DNA of 64,000 nucleotides from Selaginella moellendorffii (Eukaryota; Plantae; Lycopodiophyta): NCBI RefSeq assembly GCF_000143415.4, contig NW_003314263.1, positions 1 to 64,000 of the forward strand, read 5' to 3'. Shown piece by piece: positions 62,227 to 64,000 of this stretch (position 1 is its first letter; each line of letters starts with the position of its first letter). The notes under the pieces were generated by a model. It saw only the letters and a program-made list of their open reading frames with translations, ran no database searches and was not told where the DNA came from. The position numbers and the translations under genes were made by a program.

Positions 62227-62419
62227 TCGTGATTTTAGATTTTACTTTAAAAAGGACAAATATAAATTTATCTTTGGTTTAGCATTCTATTATGTAGTTT
62301 TTAATAAAGAGAGCTTCAGAGTTGAAGGCTGAAACAAAGCAAGGTTGAAAGCCAGTCAATCCACAAAGTTTAAATCGATTAAAGGCTTAAATCGATCCAA
62401 TGCAGGGCCTAGAACACGA

Positions 62420-63603
62420 TCGTTTCAGCCCAAGGCATCTCCAGACGATCGTCAGAAAGCTCGAATTCCACCCAGGCGGATCCAATTACCGGACGGTAGA
62501 AACATCTCATACCGAGAAGAAGGTGTCCCTGCCGATCAAGCAAAGCGCATAGTGCTCGTTGTTCATCGGAATCAATTCTTCACTGCTCGATAGCTATGGT
62601 GTTCGTCTTGTGGTTTACGACTTGCCAGGATTTGGAGAGAGTGATCCTCACCACAACAGAAGTTACAAAACCTCGGCCTCGGACATGATCAGCATCGCCG
62701 ACGCTCTCGGTTTTGGCGACCAGTTTTGGATCCTGGGCTTTGATGGAGGTGGTCCTCACGTTTGGGCTGCGATTCACTACATTCCAGAGAGATTAGCAGG
62801 TGATCACATCTTTCTTTTTTCTCTTGAGAGTTTAGCAAGAGTGTTGCTTGCTTGTGTTCTTGGACACAGGTGTTGCTATGGTTGCTCCGGCGGGAAATCC
62901 ATGCGGAGGAAATCTCACCTCGAGCGAAGCGGCCAAAGCCTGGAAGGCCTGGTCATTCAGATTGCTCCATTTCTGTGCCAGGAAGTTTCCATCTTCACTT
63001 GGAGGTTTTCTCCGGAGAACTCTCCTGGAGAAGATCGACAGGCTTAGCAGAAGCTTGTATGCCACCTCAAGACCAAAGGTTTGCATTGTTTTGATCGTGA
63101 ATGACTCAAGGTCATCGGGTTTTGCAGGATCGAGCTCTTTTCGAGCAGCAGGATTTCATGAGATTATGGGAAGACGACGTCCGGGAATCCATGAACCAGA
63201 AGCGAGCATTCTCGCTGGCCCAAGAGCTAGTCTTGCTGGTTAACAACTGGGGATTCGACTTGGGCGATCTCAAGCGAAAGAGACCTCCCGCCGGCGATGG
63301 AATCGTGAGCAAGCTCCACGGCCTTTTCTCTCAAGAACAGTCGGATCTCCTCGGCTTCCAGCGACCAATACATATATGGCATGTAGGTGGTGGTTTGGTT
63401 TTTTCCAAAAGCTTGCTGATCTTGGCGATTGTAATCAGGGAACTGACGATGTAGTCGTGCCGATTGTGATGAGCGAGTTTGCGCAGCGAGTCCTGCCTCA
63501 CGTAAACTTCCACAGGTTACAAGGTGAGGGCCACTTCTCGTGGTTCTATCTCTGCCATGAATGCCACACAGATTTGTTCAAAGCCATGTTTCCAGACGAA
63601 TAG
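62420..63603 (+). pseudogene. Alpha/beta-hydrolase, 5'-truncated and frameshifted
   Basis: RIQLPDGRNISYRE, YDLPGFGESDP, WGF.L, HIWHGTDDVVVP, EGHFSWF; frame break at about 62566 where the oxyanion-loop segment is missing. Confidence 0.8.
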
Positions 63604-63657
63604 CCATGGAAAGAAAAGATCGATTCTATTTCTTCTCTTTGATTGTTACACGTAAAT

Positions 63658-64000
63658 CTACTGTCCTAACCAGCGCGTTTCCTCTTCCACTGCTTTCCAT
63701 ATGGCACGGAAGGTAATGGGCTTGGGGAGCTTTGCGCTACACATCGGGCACGAGTCATTGTTTTCCATCCACTCGTGAAGACATTCCAGATGATAACAGT
63801 GCTTGCATGGTATCTGTTTCACCACGCTATCGAGCTCGAACTTGTCCTTGCAAACTGCACACCATGGCTTGATCTCGGGGAGAAGATCGCAGACATAATA
63901 GAATGCTAAATCGAAGATAAATTTATATTTTAAAAATTTCTCCGTTTTAAAGTAAAATCTAAAATCACTGGGAATTCTTCCCACTTTGATTCCAGATCAA
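63658..64000 (-). CDS. RING-H2 E3 ligase, 3' end; start outside the window or unresolved
   Basis: CAVCKDKF..PCKHCYHLECLHEWM...SCPMC. Confidence 0.85.

Overview
Eukaryotic plant genomic DNA. Introns of about 50-90 bp, very dense genes and the retroelement mix suggest a lycophyte such as Selaginella (inference, not verified). There are three N gaps (2139-2238, 9733-9832, 41514-42356). The region 1-43.2 kb is repeat-rich. It holds a Galadriel-like gypsy element cut by the window edge, a decayed gypsy with a short LTR and tRNA-Ala PBS fused to an older gypsy fragment, and an intronless divergent SF3B1 gene. SF3B1 sits between two 2.3-2.9 kb inverted-repeat arms, each an F-box pseudogene fused to a shattered copy of the SF3B1 5' end. 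An NPF transporter follows, then a 13-kb non-autonomous LTR element (TSD CATCT) carrying a young nested chromovirus with a self-priming PBS and a GGGAAAC/pseudoknot frameshift. The region 43.8-64 kb is a compact gene block: PHT1, a Cys-rich secreted protein, RBL9-like rhomboid, ZCF37-like, Tim21-like, ABCD-type transporter, germin/spherulin-like cupin, 2-hydroxyacid dehydrogenase, an orphan-domain/bulb-lectin fusion, a Fic-domain gene, an alpha/beta-hydrolase pseudogene and a RING-H2 gene. The most unexpected item is the intact, intronless Fic (putative AMPylase) gene with a canonical active site and an N-terminal autoinhibitory Glu, lying between broken halves of a duplicated host gene.
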